Source: Azolla caroliniana
Lineage: Eukaryota > Plantae > Polypodiophyta
Assembly: GCA_043228905.1 (NCBI GenBank)
Contig: JBHGNT010000015.1
Span: forward strand, 16,430,001 to 16,494,000
Direction of reading: 5' to 3'
DNA: 64,000 bases
Part shown: positions 41,011-52,830 of the stretch, one piece after another
Layout of the letters: each line of letters starts with the position of its first letter
How positions within the stretch are numbered: position 1 is the first letter of the stretch
Notes under the pieces: model-generated
The model's input: only the letters and a program-made list of their open reading frames with translations
Database searches by the model: none
Told to the model about the DNA's origin: nothing
Made by a program: the position numbers and the translations under genes

Positions 41011-41357
41011 TAAAAACCGACAACGGTTCGGTTTCTGCTTAACCGGTTTGAGAGTTTCCAAACCTGAACTGAACCGGTTCCAAAACCGGTTTAGCCTAGT
41101 TGATAAAGCCTTAACTGGGCCAAACCAGTTAAGCCTAAACCGGTTTAGGAACCGGTTTAGTCTAGCCGATTAAGCCTTAATTAGGTTGGAAACCACTTTG
41201 GCCCAAATCAGGTCGGTTCAGTTTGAGCCATCCCAAACTGAGCTCAAACCAGTTAAGGAAGCTCAAGCCTAAACTGAACGGAACCACCAAACTGCCAAAC
41301 CGTTAAAAATGGTTTAACGGTTCAGTTAGGCTTGATCCAAGCCGTTGCCAATTCCTA
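41011..41357. mobile_element. MITE-like element rich in AACCG/CGGTT subterminal motifs (hAT-like)
   Basis: Many aaccggtt / gaaccg / cggttc motifs; imperfect termini ...gacaacgg and ccgttgccaattccta. No clean TSD. Confidence 0.5.
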
Positions 41358-41866
41358 ATCAATATATTTTAACTACACTTCATACATATCATATCGTCAA
41401 GGGTTATTAAACTAAGCTCGAATATCCATGGTAAGTCGAGATCACAATATCTTGACTTTTACTAGGTAAAAGAAAAACCATTAAAGCTCTAAGATTATGT
41501 TGGATAGACTTAGTCTAAGCCATAATTAATATATATACGTATCAATAATGCTAGTGAAAAGCTAATATTTTGCAATAAAATAAGCTATATTGAAAATGAT
41601 TTTTAATAACATGAATTATGACCCTTCATGTATTAAGGAATTTATTATTATTTGTTCAAGATTGAATTTGTGGGGTTGAAGGGATAGATTAGAGTGGTTT
41701 TGGAATGTTTATCGCAATAGAATGGCTTAATTTAAGTAGGTAGGGGTCACATAGTATAAGATTATGTGACACCTCTTATGTCGATATATTTGTAACAAAT
41801 TAGTGAATAAGTTGAGAGAAAAAGCCCTTCTTGGTGCCTCTTACATTGGTGCATTCATCACATATA

Positions 41867-43287
41867 CAGTAGACATTCAGTTAAGTGTGCACTTTGAACG
41901 CAAGGGAAAAGTGCGCACTTAACCGAGCTGCGCATTTAGGGCTTTTTTAGTAATAATAAAAAAAATCCCAATTTTTTCTTTCCTGTTCTAATTTTGAGAA
42001 AGCCCAACCCCAACAGCCATCGTTGAGGCCCTCCTTGCTGCTATAATCGCTCCCACGCTGCTGCAATCCATGTCACTCACCACGTTTCTTTCTTATGTCT
42101 ATTTTTTGGTGTTTATGCTATGAATACGAGAGAAAGATTCTGAAGAGAAGGGAGGTCTTGTGGATAGTTTAGATGGCCTGATTCTCTACATATTTTAGAT
42201 TGTAATCGTTTAGAGATTGTGCGTGATGTCGTTAGTTTGAATTGTGGCATGTGGTTTAGGAGAAACGATCCACGTACTTGGTTGAGATAGTGCTACAAAA
42301 ATACCTAAGAGTAGCGAGCTATCAATCAATTAATAGTTTTTCTTTTATGTGAGTCCACATAACGAGCTATTAATCGATTAATAGCTTTCCCTTCATGTGA
42401 CTCCACATAATGAGCTATTAATCGATTAATAGTTTTTGTTTTATGTGAACTCACATAAAAGAAAAACTATTAATCAATTAATAGCTTTCTCGTAATGTGA
42501 GTCCACATAATGAGCTTTTAATTGATTAATAGTTTTTCTTTTATGTAAGTTCACATAACGAGCTATTAATCGATTAATAGTTTTCCCCTAATGTGAGTCC
42601 ACATAACGAGCTATTAATCAATTAATAACTTTCCCCTAATGTGAGTCCACATAATGAGCTATTAATCGATTGATAGTTTTTCCTTTATGTGAGTTCACAT
42701 AATGAGCTATTAATCGATTAATAGCTTTCCCCTAATGTGAATCCACATAATGAGCTATTAATCGATTAATAGCTTTCCCCTAATGTAAGTCCACATAATG
42801 AGCTATTAATCGATTAATAGTTTTTCCTTTATGTGAGCTCACATAATGAACTATTAATCGATTAATGGCTTTCCCTAATATGAGTCCACATAATGAGCTA
42901 TTAATCGATTAATAGTTTTTCCTTTATGTGAGCTCACATAATGAGCGATTAATCAATTAATAGCTTCCCCTAATATGAGTCCACATAATGAGCTATTAAT
43001 TGATTAACCAATCGATAGTTTTCACTTCATTGACCCTCACCCAACCTATGCAATGGTAGGAATGCAAGATCTAAGTTCAATTCATTTTGTGGTTCACAAC
43101 ATCAATTTTATTAAATGTTGATCATTTTGTTGTTTTTTGAATGTTTAGAATATAGTTTCAATTTGGTTTTATGTAATTTCATCATGAAATAATGAAATTT
43201 TTATGATCTCTATTTTGACCTCTATAAAAAGCGCACTTAATAGAATGGCACATTTAAGTGGGCACGCACTTAACCGAATGTCTACTG
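41867..43287. mobile_element. Non-autonomous Tc1/mariner (pogo-like) DNA transposon
   Basis: TIRs CAGTAGACATTC[A/G]GTTAAGTG[T/C]G (21/23 match), flanked by TA on both sides. Subterminal gcgcacttaa repeats. No transposase ORF. Confidence 0.85.
42312..43020. repeat. 48-bp minisatellite (~15 copies) built from two palindromes
   Basis: Consensus ACATAATGAGCTATTAATCGATTAATAGTTTTTCCTTTATGTGAGTCC. Cores at ~42320, 42368, 42416, 42468 ... 42994. Confidence 0.95.
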
Positions 43288-43399
43288 TAAATGAAGAAGG
43301 AAAATTGAGATTAAAAAACCTTACCTTTACATGTACATCCACATCCATATCCACATTTATTAAGAATATAATACGTTACTTGATTTTAGTAAGTGAACT

Positions 43400-44030
43400 A
43401 ATTGAGACCATTGTAGGTTGGTTGTGGATTGTGCTTGTTGTCATCAATGTTTCGGATCACGGTTAATAGATTCAATAGCAAGTGCCCATGACAGGTTCGT
43501 CGCCCATTTGATATGTTTCTTCACCTTCTTAGAAAGGATCTAACATGCGAATGTGCTTGTTGTGATAGAGGGTTATTAACTTAGTAGCCCACATCAAGGT
43601 GTTGGATGATTACATGCCAGATATCACCATGCCATTTCTAGACGATATTCCCATTAAGGGTGGTGTATGAAGCTTTAAATGTGAATACATGGTGTAGAAT
43701 CAATGTTAGAACACATTGTGGATTTTGAAAAGATGCTCTGAAAACCAGAAGATGCACAATTGCCCTTCTTTGGTTAGAAATACTCATTAGGCAATCAGAA
43801 ATACTTGTGGTTAAGCACTTGTGTAGGTTGTATGGTTGGAAGACGTCTTTATCAAAAGTAAATGACATTATAAAAAGAGGTAAGGAAGTGGGATGCTTTT
43901 TTGGACATGTGTGCCTTTTATCATATTTGAATTTTGCATTAGACCCATGAGGCTAAGTCTTTGTACACGTTGCTGAACAAAGGTAAAATGTTCAAGTGGG
44001 ATGGCAATATAAGATTGAAGGACTCCTACT
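43400..44030 (+). mobile_element. Decayed Ty3/Gypsy RT fragment
   Basis: KVLDDYMPDITMPFLDDIPIKG at ~43597-43662 (RT catalytic FLDD), with downstream remnants ending in KGKMFKWD. Confidence 0.55.
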
Positions 44031-45586
44031 CAATGCATGTTACGTACTTGCCCTATGTAGCAATGCGAACATATCCACATTGATACCAAGGATGTTAGTG
44101 TGAGATAAAGAGGACACAAGAAAAATAAAGTTAAAAGCCTAATGGCAACCCCAATGTCAAAGGAGCTAATACTTTTGTAAGACTATAAATGTCATATTTG
44201 TGCATTTTACATCTCCTTTGCCCCTAGATTTATGCTAGAGCTCTCATTCTCATTCTCATTCTCATTCCTTTCCTTTATATATTACATGAAATCAACACCA
44301 AGTGCTCATTTGAAGCCGAACACTAATATCTTAGTATACGTTATGTGGTGTACCTCAACTCATTGAATTGTGGTTTTCTTATTACTGTATGCCTTAAATG
44401 TCAGTGTGTGTCCTAAATCTCAATATGTTTAACGCTCAAGCCCTATTAAAGGCTTAGGTGACCCTAAACCTAAATGAAACATGGAAGTGTGAGTTCACTA
44501 AATCTATGTATACAACTATTGGTAGCTCGAGAGTGCCTCATAACCACTCTCACGAGGGTATATGGCGGTCCATCCTAATACACAACTTGAACTAGGAGAG
44601 AGAAATCAGGGTGAAATGAAGACTTGTGCTTAGTACGGAGCACCTCAAGGCAACTCATGTTTTGGCACCAGTGTTGGGCATTGGTATTGCCGTTATTGAT
44701 TGTAAGCTCCAAAGCCAAACTTTATATATCAAGGGAAGGGAGTGCGTGAAAAGGACTCAAGAGGGCACCCGGACAAGGTAAATGAGGAACTAAACATGGA
44801 GATTAGGTCCCTCAACGTGAAGACGAGTGCTTATTTTATGCGGATTAATTTTTTCTTTCTTAAATATATTATTTTGTGTGAGTATTTTTATGTAGTCACT
44901 TTATCATCTCTAATCTAATGATTAACCACTAATCACTTGGAATCTTTTTTTAGTTTTTAATATCAATCTCATGTCCTTTGCTTGGGGGCAATAACAGTTT
45001 AGGCATAGAGGCCAACACAGTTGCCCATCAAATTCCCTCTAATTTGCTCCCTTCCTTTTCCTTAAATTGTTGGCATATAGATTTGATTGGTCTACTAGAT
45101 CTTTGAGTTTGCTTGAAAATTCAATTATATTATAATTGATCGAATACAAAAGAAAAGGTAAGATTTATGGGCCAAAAGAAATTTTCGTTGGCCAAGAAAA
45201 TCATTGTCAAAATATGTGGCAATATTGTTAAATCTAAGTGCATGTTTATCATCTAATTCATAATGATATTGCTTACAATGTGTGTGCTTATCATCTAAAA
45301 TGTAGATATTCTTGAACCCTATCATGCAGTAATAAATGTACAAGGGACAAAAAGACGAAATAAATGTGTATCGTTGTAGTCATAGAATGAACCATATGTA
45401 TCATACGTGCATTCGCATTCGAGAATGATTCAATCAAGCTTGTATGGTAAATCATCTCGAAGTTAGATTGGATTGACAAGTTGGATTGGATTGACTATGC
45501 TCTATATTATATATATTGATTCACTCTCAATCCCAATAAGTGGACTCTAATCCATTGTGAACCACCAACATAAGTATGGTTGCAAT

Positions 45587-46434
45587 CATAGATTGAAATA
45601 TTCGCATTCGTGGGGCCTGCCCCACGAATCCATACGAATAGGAATACGAATACACGTAAATATATTCGTTTTCTTCTTTTTTTTGAAAATAAAAAAATAA
45701 AAAAATAAAAAAAATTGTGTTTTATTTACGAGCGAGTGAACAGTGGCCAACAGGAAGCAAAGACGCCTCACCCTACTCCCTCTGCGTGCTACTTACACCC
45801 TCGCTTCCCTCTATATCCTGTTCTCGGCCAGAAATTAGGGTTTCGACAGAAAACCCTAATTTCTGTCATAATCCTAATTTCGACAAAATTTCTTCTTTTC
45901 GGCCTGCGTCATCGACTCCCTCTCATGCTCTACCTAATCCTACATCCTGTTGTCCGCTACAAATTCAGAGTTTCACTGAAACCCTAAGTTTTGCCAAAGC
46001 CCTAATTAATTAATTATTAATGCATTAATTGATTATTAATTAATTAACTAATATTTTCCAATGAATTAATTAATGTGTTAATGAATTAAGATATGTATTT
46101 GTAAATTAATTAATGTATTAGTGAATCAATTAATGTTTAAGTGAATTAATTAGTTAATAGTAAATTAATCATTATATTAATGAGTTAATTAATTATTGAT
46201 GTATGTCTGTGTACACATATATGTATGTGTGTGTATATGTATCTATGTATGTGTGTGTATATGTATATATATGTGTGTGTATGTGTGTATATATGTATGT
46301 GTATGTATGTATGTGTGTATATGTATATGTAAACGAATGGTTTTATAATATTCTTAGGGCCATTTTCTATTCTCGAATACCACGAATATTACGGATGTCG
46401 AATCTCAAGAATATCACGCATGGCTCAATCTATG
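45587..46434. mobile_element. Non-autonomous hAT element (848 bp)
   Basis: TIRs CATAGATTGA / TCAATCTATG; perfect 8-bp TSD GTTGCAAT (45579-45586 and 46435-46442); subterminal cgaat/attcg repeats. Confidence 0.9.
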
Positions 46435-47530
46435 GTTGCAATATTTGCATTGTATCACATGCATACCTTTGGGATGCTTCTTAAGAATCAAGACATCTCT
46501 ATCCTCCTCACTTTAGAACTTTACAAAAAAATGAGTATGAACTATAGAGATTGAATCAAAATATGTCATTATAAATTATAATCAAACGTTCAAAAACTCA
46601 TAAAACATATATTCGAGAATATGAAGAAAAGAAAAGACAGTGGTAGCATGGCAACTTACTACTAGGGTGAGCTAATTTGTAATGATAATCAATGAAAAAA
46701 TAAAACAAAAAGGAGTACGGATTTCCCCTTTTAAATGTGTTCGTTTTCAAACGTTTGAATGCTTGCACGAACACGTATATTACGTTCTATGGAACTTGTA
46801 GTAATAACAACACCAATCCCGAGTCCCTAAATGTCAACTATCTTACTTCCAACCAAGTTTCGAGATTTTGGCCAAGATATCTTCGACAAGGACAAAACTA
46901 TCATTCTCCAAGAAAATTGTCCCATCGATCTTCAAGCAAGAAAAAATCCAACTTGGGGACCATATCGATGAAAATCTAGCAAGTATTTAAATTGCTCTGA
47001 CCTCTTCCTAGTTCTGTAGGTTGTATGTCTCCTGCACAAACCATCTTCACGACTTTACTTGTCTTGCAGCCTCCTTGATGCCACACCTTCTTCAAGTTGT
47101 AATCTACAAGCTACTCCTTTCCTCGCTTTCCATGCATCTACCCTTAGGGGCTTTTATGGGGGGCATACTGCTTCTTCTCCCTTTACCGCACTCCTTGAGA
47201 CGGCTTGCTCACCGCCTTGACCAACAAGCAATTTGTTTTAATTAATTAATTAATTAATGTACATACATTTGACCTTTAAATAGTCAATCTGGATTCATCG
47301 AGAAGACCCGAGACTTAAGAACAAAAGAGACACGAAACAGAAAGGGTTGTTGCAAAGGCGACGAAGGAGGACAAACAGAACTAGAAGGTCATCTAGATAT
47401 TGAAACTCGCCTTTGACATTGAAACATGCACCAACCTAAAGGAGGTGCTTGAGTCCAGGATCCTCAACATCAACTTTGAGTTGACACTTCAAGAAGTGGA
47501 TCGTGAAGGAGTTCCACATAGTGATCATTA

Positions 47531-48013
47531 TGTTAGGAAACAGGTCCCTCTGGATGGGAAGTGAGAAGAACAGTACTGATGAGCAAACTCGGCCGAGGCC
47601 GAAACCGGATGTGGAGGACTCGGCTACGCAAGACCCGGTGAGAACCAGATGACAAGTACCCAGCTACGGAAGACCCGGTAAGAACCGGATGAGTACCCAG
47701 CTACGGAAGACCCGGATGAGGAGTACCCAACTACGGAAGACCCAATGAGAACCGGATGAGGAGTACCTAGCTACGGAAGACCCGGTGAGAACCGGATGAG
47801 GAGTACCTGGCAAGAGCCGGATGATGAAGGCCCGGTGAGAAGTGCTCACCGGATGAAGGGACATATTTGTAAATATGTTTCTGAGAGTCCATCGGGACTA
47901 TATTTGTAAATAGCCGAAAAGTCATATTAGTATAAATATGACTTAGGGCAAACAGAGAAGGTAGAGGATGTTGTCATTCTTGTTGGCGCAAGACTAGAGA
48001 GCGCATAATAGTG

Positions 48014-48065
<52 letters not shown>

Positions 48066-48337
48066 GAGGTCGTTGCCTCTGTTGTAACCGCCGCCTGTGG
48101 CGAAGATAGAAAGCTTGAGGTTGTTGCATGGGTGCTTTACTGTTGTACATTGTAACATAGTGATAGTTTGCAGCCTGTGGGCTGCCGTGGTTTTTTCCCT
48201 AGTTTGGGTTTTCCACGTAAACATCCTGTGTACTCTTCTCTTCTTTTGTGTCGTGTATCCATTCCCGTTTTTCTGTGTATGTTTCTAAACTCGGTTGTGG
48301 CCGAGTGTTGCACATAGGGAGCGTGCAGTTCCTATCA
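47531..48337 (+). mobile_element. Solo LTR (807 bp) with an internal ~40-bp tandem repeat
   Basis: TGTTAGG...CCTATCA; TSD CATTA/CATTG; repeats of gaaccggatgaggagtacc.agctacggaagacccggtga at ~47630-47850; TATA-like tataaata and a (GA)n tract. Confidence 0.8.
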
Positions 48338-49197
48338 CATTGATGTGATCCAGAGAAAGAGAAGGGTGGTTGAAGAAACAGGCGGTGTAAATACCATCAC
48401 GATATAGGAATAGATGAGGATAACGAGACTACACTATTAGGTGGAATACATAGTGTTGACATACTATGTAGTCACAAGGAGGAAAGAAGCCATTACACAC
48501 CTGCACGCACTGGGCTCGAGCAACAACTAAGGCTCCCGTAAAAAATTGAGATAAAATGGAGTTATTGTATGTAGAGCTCATTGATCATGACTCCAAGATC
48601 AACATCATATTGTCCGATTTCTACAATCGTACGGCGTGGCACATAGAGAGGAATCACGACTGCAAGGTCCAAGCAGTGACCAAAGTCATGGAGGATTTAT
48701 GTGGTGACGGCCCCAATATTAGAGTTATGATTGGGGATGCGTCTTTAGATCAAAACTTCTTAGCCTAGGAGAAGTCCTTCTATTCGATAATGTTGGGGCA
48801 ACCATACATCGCAACAGTAGGGATTGCGATTAAGGTAATTAAAAATGGAGCGACATTTGCAAGGAACCAGAGTCGGAATGGGAAGCAGTTGATACAATTC
48901 CTTAATGTTTGACCGAATCATGCGAGGTACAAGGAGCATTTGCAAAATCATTCATTACGAGAAGTGGAGAATTTCCTATAGGATTTCTAGGACGGGCCCT
49001 TATAACAAGGGGTTGTGATAGCCCGAAGGAGGTAAAAAGCCACATCCATAGAGTTGAAGATAAAGGTAGAGTGTGTCGATAGATGATGCAACTATAATAG
49101 AAGATTTTGAATAAAAGGAATTTACATAAACAAAAAAAAGATTTGCAGAGTAGAGGTGTAACTAATTTGGAAGACAAAATAGTGAATACATTCGAAG

Positions 49198-49769
49198 TTT
49201 TAGGTTTTTTGGTCCCTTTGGATGGGATATGAGTACCTGGCAACGGAAGACCCAGTGAGAACCGGATGACGTAGGCCCGGTGAGAATCTCTCATCGGATG
49301 AAGGGACATATATGTAAATATGTCTCTGTTAGCCCATTGTGGCTACATTTGTAAATAGCCCGAAAGTCATATTAGCATAAAATATGACCTAGGGCAAACA
49401 GAGTATGATGATGCATAGAGTTATTGGTGTAACTATTATACAGAGTGTAACAGAGAGAGAGAGAGAGAGTGAGAGACACAGAGTGATTCTCTGTTGTAAC
49501 CGCCGCCAAGCGAAGAGTGTGAGCATGAGGTCGTTGCATCTGTGCCTCCTTGTTGTATTCTTTTGACATAGTGATAGTTCGGAGTCTGTGGGCTCCCGTG
49601 GTTTTTCCCTCTCAGGGTTTTCCATGTTAACATCTTGTGTACTCTCTTGCTTATAGTGTTTTGTGTATACGTGCATCTATCTCTACATTCCCATTTCTGT
49701 GATTGTAATTCTCAACTAAGTGATCGAAGACTCGGTTGTGGCCGAGCATTATTCCGCATATTCTTTTCA
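49198..49769 (+). mobile_element. Solo LTR (572 bp), same family as 47531-48337
   Basis: T(T)TTAGG...TTTCA; perfect TSD CGAAG; shares ggtccct.tggatggga, cggatgaagggacatat and ctcggttgtggccgag with the first solo LTR. Confidence 0.8.
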
Positions 49770-50837
49770 CGAAGAATATAGTTTTACAAATTTAGACGGA
49801 GGATGAAGTTAAAATTGTTGTAAACTCCATCAAAATGTTTAAAGCCATCAAGGAATATGTTAAAAAAAAGAAGCTCGAGTAAGCACTAAGTACAAGACTG
49901 TGGAGAAGAAGGTTCGATCAGTAGCAATACCACTTCCAAAGGACAGTGAAGGGGTGATGACGGAGGTGTCAATTGAGCCAATTCTCTAGGATCCAAAGAA
50001 AGTAGGACACAACCTCATGGAAGAAACAATAAAAGAATTGAGGATTGGAGGGGGTGACCTTCTATCGCTTGTAGAGGAATTCAAGATGAAGTGGTATGAA
50101 CTCGCTCCACAGGTGTGCAAGTTTGGATGGGTGAGTGTCGTGAAGCTGACGCTTCACAATATCGAAACACTATCTCCCATAAAATATTGCTTGTAACAAG
50201 GAGCACCTAGGATTTTATGGTTCATGAATCGGAGGCCGGAACCTTATCCGATTTTGGGATCACTAACCTTCAATTTGGAGGTAGTCGAAAAGTACATCAC
50301 CTGTACATTCTTCAACGATACATCTTCCATCAAAAGTTGGAATTCAGGGGTTACCTTTCACCATTGCTATCTTGGCGAACGCTCTTAGTGAATCTACTAG
50401 ATCATTCCACCCAACACTACTCCTTATCTCTTCGTCAACCTTTCGTAAGTCCTACAGTTAGAATCTCTTCTCACTTGCCGACTTGATCAAATTTCCCCAA
50501 CATCGTGATCCGATTTGGAGATCACCAATTTTTTATCCTAAGGTAGTCGAAAACTACATCGCATGTACATTCTTTGACTCTACATCCTCTATTAATTTCG
50601 TCATTTTGCATTTGCTATGTTGGACTTCAGGGGTTGTTGGGACTTAGAGGAATGGATTGTCTCATTCTAGTAGAAGATAATTTTTCTTTCTAACACCTCC
50701 TTGTGACTCTTACAATTCCTTTTAGGTGCTCTCTGTTGTCACACCATATGCACCGATGAATGTATTCACTCTGTAAAGGAGAGACGTAGGTGGTGTTGTA
50801 CAACGGAAGAGAACTCTTAGTGTGTGTGTGTGTACAT

Positions 50838-50906
<69 letters not shown>

Positions 50907-51589
50907 GAACAAGAAGTTGTATTCTCATAAAGCAATATTACATCCAACAGTAACTAATTACCAATTGATCTAGGGGAAGTGCCCTTTCTACTAATTACAA
51001 ATCTAGCCTAGTATGATGTCCACTGGCTAGTGTGAACATTGCCTCTATGGGAAGTTGAGTTCGATTCTTAACACACTCTTTTCTCCCTCGTTGGGCTTCG
51101 ACTTGATACCAGATCTTTCACCTTTCTCAAGTTTCACGAACTTGAGTTGTAAATCCGACATTCCCTCTATGAGCTCATTGATTCCTAACTTTGGATCTTT
51201 TCCTTTGCTAACATCCGCTCGGGTTCTTGATTCTTGCATTGGATGTTCTTTGACAATGATTCGTTTTCTTTTGGCTATCATAGTCATCCTCCATTCTTAA
51301 CACCCTCCAGAAGAATGGGGAAAACTTCCATAAAGATTTATCCGCCGTTTGGACATAAATCCACCTTTGCTTATCATAATAGTTCTCAGCCTCTTACCGA
51401 GAGTTCATGATATCTCTTTTCAAACTCCCTCAGTAACTTTGAAAGCTCTTCTTTGACATTGGGGTCCAATCATCTAGCATATTTGCATGGAACAATGCTT
51501 GATGGAAATCAACCTAATCTTCATGGAACCTCTCTTGTAGTTCTGTTACCCTTTCTTAGACATCAAGTATGTAGAACCGATTGATTTAC

Positions 51590-52812
51590 GACACTATTTG
51601 AACCCTAGTTGCCCCTTTGTTAGCCATCTCAAATGCATAATATGCTCTTTTTCTCACCTTTAAGCAACGTGTATCACATTCATTTCATCTATGATTTGAA
51701 GGAACTTCAAGGCCAATATATTTGAAGCTTTTCACACATTCAAGTGGCTCATTATGAAGTACATAATGCATTGTTTATCTTTTATTTGGCTCTTCACAAG
51801 CATAATCTTTGTTTTAGAGCCGTTGACAGTTAACTTAGCATATATGCAAAAAATTTCCAATGTCTTCATAAGCTTTTGTGCATCTCCTAAAGTATTTCCA
51901 AAATGCACTACATCATCCGCATATAAAAAAAGCATAATGACAAGATTCCCAATGGAAACTTCTTCCTTTACAAAATTGGCAACCATTTCCTCAAATTCAT
52001 CTATGCATAAACCAAATAGAGTTGGTGAGAGTGTGCATCCTTGCTTAACACCAAAAATCTAAAAGTCTATCGCTCATACACACATAACATATAACATATA
52101 ACCTTCTCATAGATTTGGGAAATTGTAAGCATGTATTCACTTGGCACCTCGAGTTCTTCCATTCGGCTCCAAAGATGCTCACGAGCTACCATATCAAAAG
52201 CTTTCTTGAAGTCTACAATGAAACAAGATAAACCTTTACCTCTAAGTCGACTTTGTTGGGTTGAAAGTCCCACTCCCACCATTGTATGTTATAGTGTAAA
52301 CACTCCTTGGAGTTAGGGATACATTAGTTCTATCATGTATAAATATAAGGCATTCCTCCATGTACAAGATGATGTTGATTAATGTAAGATTTTGTCTTTG
52401 CCATATATTTGTGTATCTCTATGCATATTGAATATAACTCGTAGCACAAGAAGAGCACAACATCTCACACTTACTCTACAACAAGATCCAAATATGTTTC
52501 CGCACAATCTACTACTATAGTAGATCAACCGAGTACACACAATCGTCAACAAGGCACCACCAATGTAAACATACTTTTCTCCATTAATACTCGAATGGTG
52601 ACAAGGTGATCAATGGTGTTATGGTGTTTTCGAACGCTAGCTTGTCCATAAGTTCTCTTACCATTTTTTCCAGCCCATGCACATAGCTTTGATTCCATTA
52701 TACATCCATATAGTTTTGCCATTAGCGAGCCAACCATGATGGTTTGATAGTTGTTTACACTATTTACATCTCCACATTTATGTGAAGTTTTGATCCAATT
52801 TGTAGTCCAATC
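51590..52812 (-). mobile_element. Decayed RTE/RTEX-like LINE RT fragment, related to the element at 2150-5400
   Basis: YQTIMVGSLMAKLYG, TIDHLVTIRVL, VDFKKAFDMV, GVKQGCTLSPTLFG, FLYADD, FKYIG. Confidence 0.85.
52254..52571. mobile_element. Solo LTR (318 bp) inserted into the LINE RT
   Basis: TGTTG...AACA termini; TSD GACTT/TACTT; removing it restores the LINE frame RVLMEKSRLRGK. Confidence 0.75.
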
Positions 52813-52830
52813 GTATAGCATACCAAGCCC

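Larger units (their letters stand above)
47290..50200 (+). mobile_element. Decayed Gypsy gag/protease region interrupted by two solo LTRs
   Basis: Removing the insertions rejoins EFHIVIIDVIQRKRR. Degenerate protease LIDHDSKINI and FxMLGQP at ~48575-48805. Confidence 0.55.

Noticed and set aside
42312-43020. CRISPR-like appearance of regularly spaced palindromic repeats
   Set aside because: The intervening sequences are themselves repeated rather than unique spacers, there are no cas genes, and the array lies inside a TIR element in eukaryotic DNA.
50690-51300. LTR-like segment and gag-like peptide (KLGINELIEGMSDLQLKF) on the minus strand
   Set aside because: Probably a retroelement relic, but no boundaries, PBS or TSD could be fixed, so it is not listed as a feature.
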